Shown here: positions 1 through 10,587 of the stretch, piece after piece
Layout: each line of letters starts with the position of its first letter
Position numbering within the stretch: position 1 is the stretch's first letter
DNA from: an uncultured virus (IMG/VR IMGVR_UViG_3300042559_001567)
Taxonomy: Duplodnaviria; Heunggongvirae; Uroviricota; Caudoviricetes
Strand: one strand, 5' to 3'
IMG/VR virus record: IMGVR_UViG_3300042559_001567
Coordinates: 62,001-116,120 of that record
DNA length: 54,120 bases
Made by a program: the position numbers and the translations under genes
The notes under the pieces: generated by a model
What the model saw: the letters and a program-made list of their open reading frames with translations, nothing else
Databases searched by the model: none
What the model was told of the DNA's origin: nothing

Positions 1-3000
1 ATGGGAGGAGGAAGTACACCGTGGAATTTAAATTATGCACCAATGTCTAACGGTAATAAATCTTTTGATGGTTCAACAAATATAGTTGACAAGTATCCAT
101 ATGGAGGAGGTTTTTACGCTAAAAAGTATATGTTCTCAATTGAGAATTTGGCTTGGAAAACATCTAATAGAGATGGTTTTAAAGTTACCGATTTACCGGC
201 TTGTGAAAGGGGTAATAACGGAGGTCGTGTTATGTGGTTCCCACCATATGATTTAAAAATGAACGAACAGAATAGTGCAAGATGGGAGGAGAACTCTTTT
301 TTAGGAAGACCGGAACCAATTTATACTTATCAAAATACATCAAGAAGTGGTACAATATCTTTTAAAGTTGTTGTTGATCACCCAAGTATTTTAAATTTAT
401 TAGTTAGAGAACACTTCAAAGGAATGTCGGATGAAGAGGCGGATAATTACATTAATGCATTTTTTGCTGGATGTGAAGAAATTGATTTTTATAGTTTAAT
501 ACAAACATATACAACTTTAGATAGTGACGATATTAATCTAATAAAACTATATTTAAATTCTTCTAAACCACCACAGGAAATTAAAAAATACAAATATACC
601 ACAACACCAGTTACATTTCCTAAACCCGATAAAGGACAAAATGGAGGTAAAGACACAACGGTACAATTTGATAAGAGATTTTATTTTGCAAACGATTATC
701 CTAAAAAAGATGGTTCAACAAAAGGATCAACAAATTTAACGTACACACAATTATATGAACAGTATGTTAAACAAAAAGTAACATACACTGGAAATACTGT
801 TATCGATTTAGGTGAATTAGTGGTAGGAACAACCGAAAATCATAAAAAAGATAGATTGGTTATTTTTGGTAAAGAATCTATTGATTCTGCAACAAGTGGA
901 GCCACAATTAGTAAAGAAGCACAAAAAATTGCAACAGGGTTTGATGAATTAACAAGTGGGTATACAGAATACAATACAAAATTAGCTGCATTAAAATCTG
1001 ATATTACAGGTAAGACGGTTAGCGAAGTTACTTTTTCAATTTCATCATCAACTTCAGAAGTTGCAGATAGTACATATAATTTTTATTTAGGTGTTAGAAG
1101 AGGACATAGTATTTTTCAAGATATATTCAAAGGAATATCAAATGGTAAAACACCTGAACTAAAATGGTTTAACGATACCGTTTTAAAACCATATGAAAAA
1201 ACAGGAACCAATCAAAAACCAGGAGAATTTGTAAAAGAATTTACATTTAAGGATTTTGGTTATGACGTAGATGGTAAGTTTATTTTTAAATTTAATACAA
1301 ATGGTGAAGATACCACTTTAAAAAACACAGGTGGTAAAGATAATTTAAATTGTAATCAAAAAATATTAACAAGACAAGGTCTTAAAGATACATCACCTAT
1401 TGCATTTTATTGTAGACAAGCTAGAGTTAAATTTGATTATAAGAAGAAACCTGAACAACCACAGGAAATTACAGTACCAAATATACCGGTTCCAATAACA
1501 ACAATTGAACCAGATGGTACAACGACTGTACCGAATAGGAAACCTACTATAGATGTGATGAAGAGAATCATTATGAAAACATTATCGGAGTGTCATTACT
1601 TTAAAAAGTTAGAAGAAGATTCACCAGTTGCATTTACCTCATTAAAAGAAAAATTAAGATATTTCCATCCGGGTTTCCATTCAACAACACCCGAAGGATT
1701 AAATAGTAGATTAACATTCTTATTGCAATGTGTAAGACCTGGAGATACAATCCCAATTAAAGGAGTTTCGGACCCATTAGATGTGGGAGCAAGAAATACT
1801 TCATTTGGTCCACCACCTATTTGTGTTTTAAGAATTGGTGATTTTTACCATTCTAAAGTTATTATTAGAGATGTTGGAATTACATATGAAGATAGTACTT
1901 GGGATTTAAATCCAGAAGGAATTGGTGTACAACCAATGATTGCTAATGTAAGTTTACAAGTTTCATTTATTGGAGGACAAGGTTTAGAAAAACCTGTTGA
2001 GAGATTACAAAATGCATTATCGTCAAACTTTTTTGCAAATACAGAAATGTATGATGAAAGAGCAATTTCTACAACAACTAAAATAGACGGAAAAGACGCT
2101 GAAAAATTCACAAAAGATTTTTTAGAAGAATTACAAAAAAGAAACGGATTTTCGTTAGAAGGTAAAAACGATTCAGCAAACTCAAACAAAACAGTTGAGG
2201 GAACATATATCGGAACCCCAAATGGAAATAAGATGAAATATACTAACACCATTGATATGGTTTATAGTAGTGTTGGAAATTACTTTAATACATACCAAAC
2301 CGCATATAATGAAGTTATAAAGAACTTTGGTCCAAAAATAGGTCAAATGTTTTTATCACAAAATTTTAGAACAATAACTGGATATACTGTTAATACCAAT
2401 ACAACATCTGCAGAAGACATAAAACTATTGGGAGAATATAAACCTTCTCTTGATTTAAATAAATTAAAAATAAGATTAACTGACTCATTAGTTAATTATG
2501 TTTCCAATACTGCGGATTTAACTAGTGTTTTAGGATTTTCAGACGTATTACCATCATCATTAGTATCTAATTCAAATGACTTATTAAAACCATATGTTAA
2601 AAAATTAATTTCAGATAAGACACAAAAGATTAGTGATTTTAAGGAAATGAAAAAAGTAGAAGATGTTAGAAAAGAGGTGATTGAGGCATTAGACAAAGTT
2701 AATTTTATTACAAAATACGAAAGAGATGGTAAAATAGAAAAGGAAAATTATAGTGGAGTTACTTTTAGTGTGGGATTTACAAATGAAGGTTTTTATTCAA
2801 ACTATTCAAGCGTTATAACATATATTAAAAATAACTTCCAACATTTTACAGAAGATTTTACAACTACATTAGATTATTCAGCATTATCACCACAAGATAT
2901 GAATGATATGTTATCTGTATTACTTAAAGATGAAAAGAAAAGTATTTTAGATTTATATAACGTTGATACTGTAAACTTTACAGATAAGATAAAAACAAAA

Positions 3001-3204
3001 TTAGAAAAGAAATTTGATAATTTTATTACAAAACCAACAGAGAAGAAGTTTAAATTAGATAAATTTCCTGTTAAGAAAAATGATAAAGAAATTGAATTTG
3101 AGGTAGTAACGGGGGAGTTAACCACGGAAGCGAAAACAGATTTGAAGAAAATATTTAATACAAAGAATAAAATAGGTGATAAACTAAATTATTATAAACC
3201 ATGA
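1..3204 (+). CDS. Tail-tube-initiator / baseplate tube-like protein with internal OmpA-like insertion (probably 5'-truncated)
   Basis: Segments 'WEENSFLGRPEPIYTYQNTSRSGTISF' and 'PPICVLRIGDFYHSKVIIRDVGITYE..WDLNPEGIGVQPMIANVSLQVSFIG' resemble the two halves of tube-initiator folds (T4 gp48/gp54, P2 gpU). It lies directly before a LysM/gp53-like gene and a hub-like gene. The ORF begins at the window edge. Confidence 0.6.
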   Translation: MGGGSTPWNLNYAPMSNGNKSFDGSTNIVDKYPYGGGFYAKKYMFSIENLAWKTSNRDGFKVTDLPACERGNNGGRVMWFPPYDLKMNEQNSARWEENSFLGRPEPIYTYQNTSRSGTISFKVVVDHPSILNLLVREHFKGMSDEEADNYINAFFAGCEEIDFYSLIQTYTTLDSDDINLIKLYLNSSKPPQEIKKYKYTTTPVTFPKPDKGQNGGKDTTVQFDKRFYFANDYPKKDGSTKGSTNLTYTQLYEQYVKQKVTYTGNTVIDLGELVVGTTENHKKDRLVIFGKESIDSATSGATISKEAQKIATGFDELTSGYTEYNTKLAALKSDITGKTVSEVTFSISSSTSEVADSTYNFYLGVRRGHSIFQDIFKGISNGKTPELKWFNDTVLKPYEKTGTNQKPGEFVKEFTFKDFGYDVDGKFIFKFNTNGEDTTLKNTGGKDNLNCNQKILTRQGLKDTSPIAFYCRQARVKFDYKKKPEQPQEITVPNIPVPITTIEPDGTTTVPNRKPTIDVMKRIIMKTLSECHYFKKLEEDSPVAFTSLKEKLRYFHPGFHSTTPEGLNSRLTFLLQCVRPGDTIPIKGVSDPLDVGARNTSFGPPPICVLRIGDFYHSKVIIRDVGITYEDSTWDLNPEGIGVQPMIANVSLQVSFIGGQGLEKPVERLQNALSSNFFANTEMYDERAISTTTKIDGKDAEKFTKDFLEELQKRNGFSLEGKNDSANSNKTVEGTYIGTPNGNKMKYTNTIDMVYSSVGNYFNTYQTAYNEVIKNFGPKIGQMFLSQNFRTITGYTVNTNTTSAEDIKLLGEYKPSLDLNKLKIRLTDSLVNYVSNTADLTSVLGFSDVLPSSLVSNSNDLLKPYVKKLISDKTQKISDFKEMKKVEDVRKEVIEALDKVNFITKYERDGKIEKENYSGVTFSVGFTNEGFYSNYSSVITYIKNNFQHFTEDFTTTLDYSALSPQDMNDMLSVLLKDEKKSILDLYNVDTVNFTDKIKTKLEKKFDNFITKPTEKKFKLDKFPVKKNDKEIEFEVVTGELTTEAKTDLKKIFNTKNKIGDKLNYYKP

Positions 3205-3527
3205 GTAGGGACTATTTTGACAGGTACCAATATTTTTTAGCGGACGGTAAATTTAGAATTGTCCCTGGCATTGAAATTCCTATAAAGGGAAGTGATAAGT
3301 ATATGCAATACAAAAGGGGTAAAGATAGATTAGATAAAATATCACAAGAGTATTATAACTCACCATTATTTGGTTGGATTATATTACAAGCAAATCCATT
3401 ACTTGGTAGTGTGGAATTTGAAATACCTGATAATTCTTTTATTAGAATACCATTTCCTCTGATTAGCACTTTACAAGATTACAAAAGTGCTGTAGAATTG
3501 TACAAGTTATATTATGGCGAACAATAA
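3201..3527 (+). CDS. LysM-like baseplate protein (T4 gp53 / P2 gpX-like)
   Basis: 'GKDRLDKISQEYYNSPLFGWIILQANP...EIPDNSFIRIP' fits the LysM/gpX pattern. ATGA overlap with the upstream gene, and typical position between tube initiator and hub. Confidence 0.75.
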   Translation: MSRDYFDRYQYFLADGKFRIVPGIEIPIKGSDKYMQYKRGKDRLDKISQEYYNSPLFGWIILQANPLLGSVEFEIPDNSFIRIPFPLISTLQDYKSAVELYKLYYGEQ

Positions 3528-6500
3528 GTTAAACAGTGGTGAAAATATATTAGTCAAAGTTGACCAAAACAATTTAATATACATCGACCCAAACAGCGTT
3601 GTGAACAATGGCGTTGTTGAAGAAAGAGGGGTTAAACAAGAAAACTTGGTGATGTATGTTAATTTAGAGGCTGATTTAATTCCAAGAACCACATTAGTTG
3701 ATTCGGGTAATAAAACCACATTGGTCTCTGTTGCAAAAGGAACACTCAACATTCTAAAACCAAAAACAGGAGATTACGATACGTCATGGACCGAGGCATA
3801 TAATGGTAGTGACAACGTTGTTACTGAAAAAGATTCTAACGGTAATCAAATTTATAAAGGTGTTGAAAATAAAGGTTATGATGGAACCGCACAATCTTTT
3901 GGTATTGACAGTATTAACATCAATATCAAAGGTGCAAATTTCATACCACAAATTAACATAAACTTTATCGATGTTAGAGGTAAGACTTTATTTGAGTCTC
4001 CTGAGAATTCACCATATAATGCGTTTTTTCACATGCCTTGGCCAATATTTTACTTAACAGTAAAAGGATATTATGGTAAGGCAATTAGATATCGTTTACA
4101 TTTAGTTAAATTTAATACAAAATACAACGAATCAAATGGTAATTTTGAAGTTTCAACCACATTTGTTGGTTCAACATATGCATATCTAAACGACATACCA
4201 TTAACGGGTATATTAAATGCTCCGTATATGTATGCAATTGAAAAAGAAACAAACACATCTTTTAACGAAAAAACGGGTAGATACGAGAAGAAGGTTTCAA
4301 AATCTTCAAGAGGTTATACAATGTTGAGGTCGGTATATGATGAATATATTGCAAAGGGATTATTACCTAAAAACTTCCCAACGAAAACACTAAGAGAAGT
4401 TATTACGGTTGCAAGAAGTTTAGATAAAATATTAGAAAAGGAAATATTCAACCAAGTGGTTGATTATAAAATATTTGCAGGTTTAAAGGAATTTGAAAAA
4501 ACAGTACAGAATTTTGAAACTGCGGTTAGAACTTGGGGTTCAATTAACTTAGAAAAAAACACATTTGAAATAAATGGAGTCACAGGAGTTACATATAGTT
4601 ATCTTTCAGGACAGGAAAAAACAAGTACAACTAAATTAATAAATCCAGAAAAAGCCGGAACATTAGAAAAAATATTAATAGAATACCCAAAAGAACTATT
4701 AAAAACACAGTTATTTGCCCAAAAATACATTAACGATACAGGGGCTGATTTTAAAAAAGAAACATTTTCTTTTATTAATCAAATTAAAAAAGTTGGTGAG
4801 TACTGTAATGGTTTTGCACCTCACGAAGGTAAAATAATTGTAAACTTAAATGCAATTTTAACGGACATATTCAACATACAAAAATCATTTGTTGCACAAA
4901 GAGACAAGTTAGAGGCTAAAGTTGAACAAAAAATTAATGAAGTTATTAAAGACCCAACAAAGGGTGGAATTGGTTTTGAACCTACAATAAGAAATATTAT
5001 AGGTGTTATTCTTGCAAATGCAGATGTTTACATTAGATTAATGAAAGATGTTCATAATAGAGCATTTGAAGTTGCGGAAAGAAGAAAAAAAATAATAGGT
5101 AATTTAGAAGATGAGTCAAAAGACGGACAAATTTACCCATGGCCTGAAATTAAAAAACAAACACCAAACAAACAAAAAGTTTTGGCGTATCCAGGAGACC
5201 CTGAGTTACAACAAAAATTACAAAGTTTTAACAGATCACTTTGGCCTGAAATAGATTTTCTTGAAAACTACCACGGAGTTGCAACTAAAAGACTCGACTC
5301 ATTAGCACAAAAAGAAGGTAATGTTGGTAATATTAGTTACATTTTTGAAGAAAATTCACAAGAACAAAATTTCAATAATATATCAACGTTATTAAGTTTA
5401 ACACCAAATGTTCCATATTCAAATAAATCTATTTCTTCTCTTATATATGAAATATATGAAAGGTCTAGATATACGATGGCAATTGACACTTTTAATAATG
5501 CATCAATAAAAGAATTGGCATTAATTGATTTTTCTAATTTGGAGAAACTATTAAAAGAAGATTATGATATTATAGATATTTTAAATACGATAGATAGTAA
5601 AGAAAAAATGGAACAATACCTTTTATCGTTTTCACCATTTGAAAGATATCCATATGTACAAGACCAATTACCAACGGTAGAATATGTTAACCAATTATTG
5701 GCAAAACCATTTCAAATAGAAGAATATACAACATCTAAAAAAAGTGGTGAGTCAGGGAATCTTTATAAAAACTTAAATAGTAATTTATTTTCATATTTAG
5801 CGGAACCATATAGAACAAAAATATACCCATTCAATTCTGAACAATACTTGTCTTATATTAAAAAACCAAAATTTGAACCTCAAGAATTTAAATTTGAAGG
5901 TATTTTACAGGTAAACACTAAAGAAGGGTTAATTAGTTCACCAATCAATTCATTGTTTTGGATTAAAGATGGTTATACAACAGATATTTTTGCAAGAAAA
6001 TTAGATTTAGATACTTCTGATGGTTTATTTAGTTCTGTTAATATTTTAAACACACCATATTTTCATAAACAATTATATAACGATTTACATAAAACATCAT
6101 CATACGGAAAATATGTGGGTTCCGCGTATCTTTTATTAAACTCATTACCATTTGTTGATTTAGATGAAATGGTTAACTTTGGATTATCAAGTACAAGACC
6201 TTCTTCGTTATTTAAAGAAGTAAGTTCTTCACACTATATTCCATATCATTTAATGTTAAAGTGGGGTTCCCAATATCATAGATATAAAAAGTATCTAACT
6301 GAAAATGTTGATATTATAAGTGGAATAACATCTTCGATTGATACAGGAGCATTTTTCACTTGCCCCGGATTTAACGTTCCTGGCGAAATTGAAATTGGTA
6401 ATGAAACTGTTAGTGATGTACTTGATACAGGAGTTCATCCATTCTACGACGCTCTTTACCACCAATTTATAAATGATTATAGTCATTTTGATATTAATGC

Positions 6501-9309
6501 ACCAAGCGGTGTTAATTCTTTTACTGGTAGAACAACAAGTAATACAATAAATTTTGATAGAGTATCAAACGGAGATGAATTTAGATATTGGACATCATTT
6601 GTTGATAATTCTAAATTAAAATCAACAGATACACACTATACATTATTACCATCAGTTGGAGCAAACTCATCTTCAAATTTAGATTTAACAACAGGTTCAG
6701 ATTCAGAAAAAAACTTTAATAAAGGACAAAATTCATTTAGAATAGTGTGGACAGATGAAACTGTTTATACAACTTATACGGGTAAAACGTTTCCATCTTA
6801 TGATGAATATCACATTGATGTTAATTTTGGAGATTACTTAGTGATGGATAGTTCTATTAAATTTAAAAAGGTTAATGATTTAATTGCAACTTTTAGTCCT
6901 GATATTTTAGATAAATTTGAGGAATACTTTTTAGACTTTGCAACTGAAAGAGTTATCGAGGAAACCCCATACAAAAAATTTAAATCCGTAAAACAGGATA
7001 ACTTTCAAAATTTATTAAAATCTATTGTAACGGTTAAAAAGAAAGATAGCGACCCAACAAACACAAATTTGTTAATAAAAACTTTAAGAGAACAACAATT
7101 AGAAAATTTAAAAACAATAACAAAAGATATTTTATCTGATTCTAATTTAATAAAGATAACTATTGGTAACCCGAAAGAAATTGATTTATACACTTGGAAT
7201 GGATTTGCGGAAAGTGGAAGCGTAAAAAGTTTCTCATATAATAATTTTGATATTGTACAAACAGGAGACACAACAAATCAAAAGGATTTAAAATTAATAA
7301 TTGGTACAGAACCATATACGGGAACACCGACAAATTATTATGTGGAATTTTTCAGTACTAATAATGTAGAATTTACTGAAGAATATTTTAGAATTTTTAG
7401 ACCTTTAGTTTACATCTATGCGGGTTATAGAAAAAATGGAGGTACAAATACAAAAGGAGCATTCCAACAATATCTAATTAGTAACATACTTTCATATAAC
7501 ACTATATTCCATAACGGAATTCAAAATAGACAAGATTTATATTTGAATACTATTATATCTAAACTTGTTGGTCTTAAGAGTGAAACAAAAACAATACAAC
7601 AAACAATTTTAAATGGGTACAATGACAGTCCCATGAAACTTGAACAATATAATTATTTTAAATCATTTAATGATAAATGGATTGCAGGTAATTCTATAGG
7701 ACAAAGATTGTTATTAGAGGAATTTTTATTTTTAGATAAAGCAAATAGAGATATTGGAGATAAAGCGTATTTTAGTTTAGAAAAACTAATACCGTTAGAA
7801 GAACCGGAAAACGACAAACAAAACCTATACGGTCTTATTGGTATGTTGATAAATGGTACTGGATTTGATATGAGAGGTTTACCAGCATATGTAAATTTTT
7901 ATGGAACAAATTTAACAACCAAATCTAAATTAACACCATCTAAAAAGGTGGCTCAAAATTTATTTGGTACGTTTTTAGAGGTAGATTATCAAGAATCGTC
8001 TCCAAAGATGATTTTACAATATACGGGACCAACTTCCAAACATTTGGAAATGGCTGATGTTAGTAAAAAATACAATTTTAATGACGACAGTTTTAATGTT
8101 GGTAATGCAAATAAAAATCCTTTAGTCATAACCATACCTGATATATTCAGCAATGCTGATTTATCAAAATCAAATAAGGTGGTTGCGTTTGAAGTTAATT
8201 TTGGAGACCAAAACCAAAGTATTTTCAAAGGGGTTAGTTTAGACCAAAGTTCAATAAGAAATACTACGGAATCATTTATTGCTCAAGAAAATTTAGGTAG
8301 GTCCGAATCAGGATCGGGAGCACACCAAGTAGATATTGGATTATTTGACATATACAGACAAGCGTCATATACTTGTGATGTTACGTGTTTAGGTAATGTA
8401 ATGATACAACCAACAATGTATTTTTATTTGAAAAACATACCAATGTTCAAAGGTTCATATTGGATTACAGAGGTATCACATAAAATCAATAACAACAACA
8501 TAACAACTTCGTTTAAGGGTACAAGAATACCATATGCTTCATTACCAGACCCTAAAGATTCATTCATGGCAAGTTATAGGGCGTTATTCGATAGAATTAC
8601 CAAAAGTGCGGTTGCTCGAGTTAAACAAGATAGTTTAAACATAACAGGTTCGACTAAAAATGAAAAATCAATTAGTACTGACCAAGGTACATTTACTATT
8701 GATATGGGGGGTAAGGAACAAGAAATTAAAGGAGAACAATTAACAAAAGAAACGGGGGTCAATGTATTTGGTGTTAGATATAACGGATATAATGGTGAGA
8801 AATACATCCAAAAAGTAACATATAACAAGAATGAATACTTTAGAGCAATTGCTGTTGGGATGGGAGGTAAAACATATAAACCTGAAGATGCAATTCAAAT
8901 GAATTTATTGTCTCGACTAAAATCAAAAACCATACAGGGTACGACGATGAATAATAATGGAGAATATGTTAGTTATTTAACTTGGGGGGATATTAACAAA
9001 GAAAAAGACTTTTATTCATTAAGATTTGATTTGAGTGTTGCATCTGCGGATATTATTATTGGAACAGTTAATAAAACACAAGGAGTTAATATAACACATG
9101 CCGGAGCAACCACTCATTTTCTTAACCCCAAAACAAATAAAAAAATAACAATAACACCAAATGGAAGTAACCCCATCACAAAGGATAATATAACAGGACC
9201 AATAAATGTTGGACCAAATCTCGATGGATATGGAATCGCATTATCACAATCATTAATGACCAAATTGGGATTATATGATGGAGATGTTGTTTATTTCACA
9301 ATGACATAA
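3514..9309 (+). CDS. Large baseplate hub-like protein (gp27/gpD/VgrG-like C-terminal region), 1931 aa
   Basis: 'CDVTCLGNVMIQPTMYFYLKNIPMFKGSYWITEVSHKINNNNITTSFKGTR' matches the hub-family end (G-x-Y-x-I-x-x-V-x-H). It follows the LysM gene. Confidence 0.6.
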   Translation: MANNKLNSGENILVKVDQNNLIYIDPNSVVNNGVVEERGVKQENLVMYVNLEADLIPRTTLVDSGNKTTLVSVAKGTLNILKPKTGDYDTSWTEAYNGSDNVVTEKDSNGNQIYKGVENKGYDGTAQSFGIDSININIKGANFIPQININFIDVRGKTLFESPENSPYNAFFHMPWPIFYLTVKGYYGKAIRYRLHLVKFNTKYNESNGNFEVSTTFVGSTYAYLNDIPLTGILNAPYMYAIEKETNTSFNEKTGRYEKKVSKSSRGYTMLRSVYDEYIAKGLLPKNFPTKTLREVITVARSLDKILEKEIFNQVVDYKIFAGLKEFEKTVQNFETAVRTWGSINLEKNTFEINGVTGVTYSYLSGQEKTSTTKLINPEKAGTLEKILIEYPKELLKTQLFAQKYINDTGADFKKETFSFINQIKKVGEYCNGFAPHEGKIIVNLNAILTDIFNIQKSFVAQRDKLEAKVEQKINEVIKDPTKGGIGFEPTIRNIIGVILANADVYIRLMKDVHNRAFEVAERRKKIIGNLEDESKDGQIYPWPEIKKQTPNKQKVLAYPGDPELQQKLQSFNRSLWPEIDFLENYHGVATKRLDSLAQKEGNVGNISYIFEENSQEQNFNNISTLLSLTPNVPYSNKSISSLIYEIYERSRYTMAIDTFNNASIKELALIDFSNLEKLLKEDYDIIDILNTIDSKEKMEQYLLSFSPFERYPYVQDQLPTVEYVNQLLAKPFQIEEYTTSKKSGESGNLYKNLNSNLFSYLAEPYRTKIYPFNSEQYLSYIKKPKFEPQEFKFEGILQVNTKEGLISSPINSLFWIKDGYTTDIFARKLDLDTSDGLFSSVNILNTPYFHKQLYNDLHKTSSYGKYVGSAYLLLNSLPFVDLDEMVNFGLSSTRPSSLFKEVSSSHYIPYHLMLKWGSQYHRYKKYLTENVDIISGITSSIDTGAFFTCPGFNVPGEIEIGNETVSDVLDTGVHPFYDALYHQFINDYSHFDINAPSGVNSFTGRTTSNTINFDRVSNGDEFRYWTSFVDNSKLKSTDTHYTLLPSVGANSSSNLDLTTGSDSEKNFNKGQNSFRIVWTDETVYTTYTGKTFPSYDEYHIDVNFGDYLVMDSSIKFKKVNDLIATFSPDILDKFEEYFLDFATERVIEETPYKKFKSVKQDNFQNLLKSIVTVKKKDSDPTNTNLLIKTLREQQLENLKTITKDILSDSNLIKITIGNPKEIDLYTWNGFAESGSVKSFSYNNFDIVQTGDTTNQKDLKLIIGTEPYTGTPTNYYVEFFSTNNVEFTEEYFRIFRPLVYIYAGYRKNGGTNTKGAFQQYLISNILSYNTIFHNGIQNRQDLYLNTIISKLVGLKSETKTIQQTILNGYNDSPMKLEQYNYFKSFNDKWIAGNSIGQRLLLEEFLFLDKANRDIGDKAYFSLEKLIPLEEPENDKQNLYGLIGMLINGTGFDMRGLPAYVNFYGTNLTTKSKLTPSKKVAQNLFGTFLEVDYQESSPKMILQYTGPTSKHLEMADVSKKYNFNDDSFNVGNANKNPLVITIPDIFSNADLSKSNKVVAFEVNFGDQNQSIFKGVSLDQSSIRNTTESFIAQENLGRSESGSGAHQVDIGLFDIYRQASYTCDVTCLGNVMIQPTMYFYLKNIPMFKGSYWITEVSHKINNNNITTSFKGTRIPYASLPDPKDSFMASYRALFDRITKSAVARVKQDSLNITGSTKNEKSISTDQGTFTIDMGGKEQEIKGEQLTKETGVNVFGVRYNGYNGEKYIQKVTYNKNEYFRAIAVGMGGKTYKPEDAIQMNLLSRLKSKTIQGTTMNNNGEYVSYLTWGDINKEKDFYSLRFDLSVASADIIIGTVNKTQGVNITHAGATTHFLNPKTNKKITITPNGSNPITKDNITGPINVGPNLDGYGIALSQSLMTKLGLYDGDVVYFTMT

Positions 9310-9329
9310 GAATATTAACAAATTTGGGA

Positions 9330-9337
9330 TATTTATA
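9330..9337 (+). promoter_or_regulatory. TATTTATA candidate late-promoter motif
   Basis: Intergenic, 17 nt before ATG 9355. The same motif recurs before several structural genes. Confidence 0.45.
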
Positions 9338-9354
9338 CAATATAAAAGAATATT

Positions 9355-9555
9355 ATGGAAAATAATAAAATTAATGCAGTAGATCAATTCTTAAATCCAA
9401 AAAAAGTTAGAAAGGTTTCTAATGACGGAATGGAAAGAGAAGAATGTGATATGGTAACGGGAGAATGTTACACAATCAGAGAAAAAGACGGAATTGTTGA
9501 AAGAATAAATAAAAAATACGTTACAAACGACGGAAGACAATTATTACAAGATTAA
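9355..9555 (+). CDS. Hypothetical protein (66 aa)
   Basis: Fills the gap on the coding strand, is preceded by the motif, and the next gene starts 3 nt later. Confidence 0.7.
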   Translation: MENNKINAVDQFLNPKKVRKVSNDGMEREECDMVTGECYTIREKDGIVERINKKYVTNDGRQLLQD

Positions 9556-9558
9556 GCC

Positions 9559-10206
9559 ATGTTAGAACAAAAACTACAAGAAGAATTAAATCGTTACAAA
9601 GCCATTAACAAATATGGTAAAACGATGATAATGGAGCAAGATGCTCCTCCAGCTGACCCAGCATTAGATGCGGTGGCACCACCAGCTGACCCAGCATTAG
9701 ATGCAGTGGCACCACCTATTGACCCCGCGGCACCTATTGACCCTGCAGCTGCACCTGCTGATGTACCGGCTGAAACCGATACAACAGAAGAGATTGATAT
9801 TACAGATTTAGTTAATATGACTAAAAGTCTTAAAAAAGATGTTGAGGATAGTAAAAACGAAAATGGAGATGTTATCGGAAAGATGGATGATGTGTTTACC
9901 AAATTAAGTGATTTAGAATCTAAATTATCTCAAATGGACCAAGTTATGGCTAAAATTGACGAATTGGGTGCTAAAGTTGAAGCGTCAAAACCAAAAACGG
10001 GAGTTGAGAAACTTGAAATGCGTTCATTGGATTCATATCCGTTTAATGAAAAACCACAAGAATTTTTCGCACATAAACAAGGTGAAATGCAAGTAAGTGG
10101 TAAAAATGAATATGTATTAACCAAAAATGAAGTTGATAATTATCCAACAGATACTATAAAAACCTCATTTAATCCAGAACAACAAGAAGATGAATATAAG
10201 TTCTAA
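9559..10206 (+). CDS. Hypothetical acidic protein with Pro/Ala/Asp repeats and coiled coil
   Basis: PPADPALDAVA repeats followed by the heptad-like 'KMDDVFTKLSDLESKLSQMDQVMAKIDELGAKVE'. Confidence 0.75.
   Translation: MLEQKLQEELNRYKAINKYGKTMIMEQDAPPADPALDAVAPPADPALDAVAPPIDPAAPIDPAAAPADVPAETDTTEEIDITDLVNMTKSLKKDVEDSKNENGDVIGKMDDVFTKLSDLESKLSQMDQVMAKIDELGAKVEASKPKTGVEKLEMRSLDSYPFNEKPQEFFAHKQGEMQVSGKNEYVLTKNEVDNYPTDTIKTSFNPEQQEDEYKF
9643..9762 (+). repeat. Intragenic tandem repeat (33-nt unit x2 plus degenerate PIDPAA units)
   Basis: ccagctgacccagcattagatgc(g/a)gtggcacca occurs twice, then cctattgaccc twice. Confidence 0.85.
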
Positions 10207-10561
10207 CGTAAACTTTTTATTGGGATTACAAACACAAATGAAGATTAATCATTGGCAAACCAAAGGTTATGCTAGACACAACGCATTTGGTGGATTTTAT
10301 GATTCATTAAGTGATTTAATCGACACATTTATTGAGTCCGCAATGGGAAAATATGGTAGATTTACATTAGATGAGGAAACAAAAACAATTCAATTAAGTA
10401 ACTTATCTGAATTAGATATGAAGGGTATGATTTCAACAGTAAGAGATGCGTTGGTTCAAATGAGTGAGCAATTAGACTCGTCAGATACCGATTTATTAAA
10501 TATTCGTGACGAAATCTTAGGAGAATTGAATAAATTATCTTATCTTTTAACATTAGAATAA
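10190..10561 (+). CDS. Ferritin/Dps-like four-helix protein (DUF5856-like)
   Basis: 'QMKINHWQTKGYARHNAFGGFYDSLSDLIDTFIE' has the Dps-type HW...H...Y...D..E pattern; C-terminal 'IRDEILGELNKLSYLLTL'. Confidence 0.75.
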   Translation: MNISSNVNFLLGLQTQMKINHWQTKGYARHNAFGGFYDSLSDLIDTFIESAMGKYGRFTLDEETKTIQLSNLSELDMKGMISTVRDALVQMSEQLDSSDTDLLNIRDEILGELNKLSYLLTLE

Positions 10562-10587
10562 TAAAATTATTAAAAAAACCAAATTAA

